From an uncultured bacterium (lineage in GTDB: Bacteria > Auribacterota > Erginobacteria > Erginobacterales > Erginobacteraceae), in NCBI GenBank assembly GCA_963822585.1, contig CAWGIE010000036.1, forward strand, positions 1 to 64,000: DNA of 64,000 nt, given 5' to 3'. The translations under genes were made by a program, and so were the position numbers. The notes under the pieces are model-generated. The model worked only from the letters and a program-made list of their open reading frames with translations. It did no database searches and had not been told where the DNA came from. This document shows, piece after piece, positions 62,359 through 64,000 of this stretch. Position 1 is the first letter of the stretch. Each line of letters begins with the position of its first letter.

Positions 62359-62888
62359 CTCGAATACACCATAACCCTCCTTCCTCTCGTAAGAGCGAAC
62401 CGAGGCTTCTTCCCTGCACGCGAACTACCGGCTCATTTAAAACTCTTCCCGCCAGCCGAGCGCTTTATCCGTCATTGTTCTAATCACGATCTACATCCGC
62501 GGAGCAAAGCTGGCTTACACCCAGAATATCTGTTGATTGAACCGGGCCATGAACATAACACGGACACCGGCCAGGATCGGCAGAAACGGCCGCGTAAGCA
62601 AAAAGGCGGACCCATATCGGCCGGGAAGCCATAATCGAACCCCGATCTTCTCTCTGATCGGGTGGTACGGGCGATGATCTCGCTCCTCTGCTCCGGCAGC
62701 AGGGAATATTCCGGGGCTTCTTTGATTGCCTCACCGGTCAACAGAATCGTCTTTTGCAATTCCTCCACGATCCGGCGGGAGACAGTGTCGGTTTCCAGCG
62801 CTCTCTCTACCGCCCTCCGTTTCCGGGGAGAAAGCTCATCCAGAACGTAGGCGGTGAGTACCCGGTCGTTCAGTTTGATCTTCATCAT
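62359..62888 (-). other. anti-sigma-like N-terminal domain + TM helix, probably fused to the vWA gene (broken frame)
   Basis: LTAYVLDELS...AVERAL directly after the ECF sigma gene; the hydrophobic segment continues in other frames. Confidence 0.6.
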
Positions 62889-63428
62889 CTATACCTCCGG
62901 GGCCGTTTCCAATGCGGCCCCTAATCTCTTTCGCATTGTGTTCAAAGCCCCGGTCAGCAGGTTACTTACCGTCCCCGCGGATCTTCCCATCACCCGGGCG
63001 ATCTCACGGTAAGTCAGCTCGTCGTTGAACTTGAGGCGGCAGGCCTCCCGCTGGTCGGAGGGTAGTTCGTTCAGCACCGCCAGGATCAGGCGGCGGGTCT
63101 CCTCCCGTTCGGCCGCCGTCGAAGGGCCGGGCCGTTGACTGGGGAGATGGGCGAGTTGCTCTTCGTGTAACGGCTGCATGCGTCCCTCCTTCTTCCTGAC
63201 GTCAAATGCCCGGTTCCGGCAGACCCGGTAGAGCCAGGCCGGCATCCGGTCTTCAACCTTTTTCCGATCGGTCCGGCAAAGTTTGAAGAATGCTTCCTGG
63301 ACAACGTCCTGCGCTCTCTGGAGATCGCCGGTTATTCCGAATGAATAACGGACCAGGGCCTGCTCGTAATCACCGAGCATTTTCCGAATCCAGGCGGCTC
63401 TATTCAATTCAGCGTCAGGTTGATTCAC
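62889..63428 (-). CDS. ECF RNA polymerase sigma factor
   Basis: AQDVVQEAF, WLYRVCRNRAFD and LTYREIARVM (regions 2 and 4). Confidence 0.93.
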   Translation of the reverse strand: MNQPDAELNRAAWIRKMLGDYEQALVRYSFGITGDLQRAQDVVQEAFFKLCRTDRKKVEDRMPAWLYRVCRNRAFDVRKKEGRMQPLHEEQLAHLPSQRPGPSTAAEREETRRLILAVLNELPSDQREACRLKFNDELTYREIARVMGRSAGTVSNLLTGALNTMRKRLGAALETAPEV

Positions 63429-63622
63429 CGATGGTTTCTCCGGAGTTGATACGGCCGTTCATCCTGTATAACGATTGAGGAGGGATCTTGTTCAGGAAAT
63501 AAATTAAACATTTTCTGCCGATCGGCAGAAAATGTTTAATCCGTTCTGCCGGCTGTCGATCCGTCCCCGGGGAGGGGAGCAGGCGATATCCGGCATGCGC
63601 AGCGATCACATCCGCTTACGAC

Positions 63623-64000
63623 CTACCCGGAAGATGAGAACTGTTTAAAATTCTCCTCGAAAGGGGGATAGATCAGGCCGCGCTCGGTGATGACGGCGGC
63701 GATCAGTTCGTGCGGCGTGACGTCGAAGGCGGGGCAATAGGCTTTGGCCCCGGCGGGTGCCACGCAGGCCCCGCCGAAAAAGGTAAGTTCGTCTTTGCCC
63801 CGTTCCTCGATCGGGATCTGCGCGCCGTCGGAAAGAGAGAGGTCAAGCGTGGATGACGGCCAGGCCATGTAGAAGGGTATGCCGTGGGCGCGGGCCAGGA
63901 GGGCCACCCCGTAGGTCCCGATCTTATTAGCGGCATCCCCGTTGGCGGCAACCCGGTCCGCACCGGTAATGACCAGGTCGATCTTCCCTTCCTTCATTAC
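63623..64000 (-). CDS. mtnA: methylthioribose-1-phosphate isomerase (3' part)
   Basis: [24 protein letters not shown] and PAFDVTP motifs. Confidence 0.92.
   Translation of the reverse strand, partial: VMKEGKIDLVITGADRVAANGDAANKIGTYGVALLARAHGIPFYMAWPSSTLDLSLSDGAQIPIEERGKDELTFFGGACVAPAGAKAYCPAFDVTPHELIAAVITERGLIYPPFEENFKQFSSSG

Overview
GC-rich bacterial chromosome segment. The TP-rich linkers and 'GDYDGDG..IAxFRPxxGLWAxRG' tails recall uncultured PVC-associated lineages, but this is an impression only. Left end (1-2.4 kb): an AT-richer island with an attC-like site, an ankyrin gene and a MORN-repeat gene, abutting tRNA-Cys. Housekeeping blocks on the minus strand: ileS-lspA-rluD-yicC-gmk-rpoZ-coaC-coaB, and thiL-tsaE-tsaB-alr-ilvD-ilvB-ilvN-(orphan response regulator)-leuA-aroE-pilD-aroC-aroK-membrane spermidine synthase. 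The accessory core (11-42 kb) holds a B12 radical SAM gene framed by inverted repeats; an AmmeMemoRadiSam radical SAM gene flanked by two small exported peptides; a giant (>3,300 aa) DUF11/pilin-like surface protein and paralogues sharing an FG-GAP-like C-terminal module; two copies of a Cys-rich (F/Y)-x-C RiPP-like peptide; a stand-alone IS481-type HTH; and a CHASE2 kinase/NtrC/Fn3/FecR module. Three consensus sigma54 promoters tie that module to the surface locus. The right end has rfbC, an ECF sigma/anti-sigma/vWA unit and partial mtnA. Intergenic DNA is packed with paired short-period inverted repeats and triloop palindromes. Single-base frameshifts in several conserved genes suggest long-read indel errors, so pseudogene calls are tentative. 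No CRISPR array or rRNA was found.
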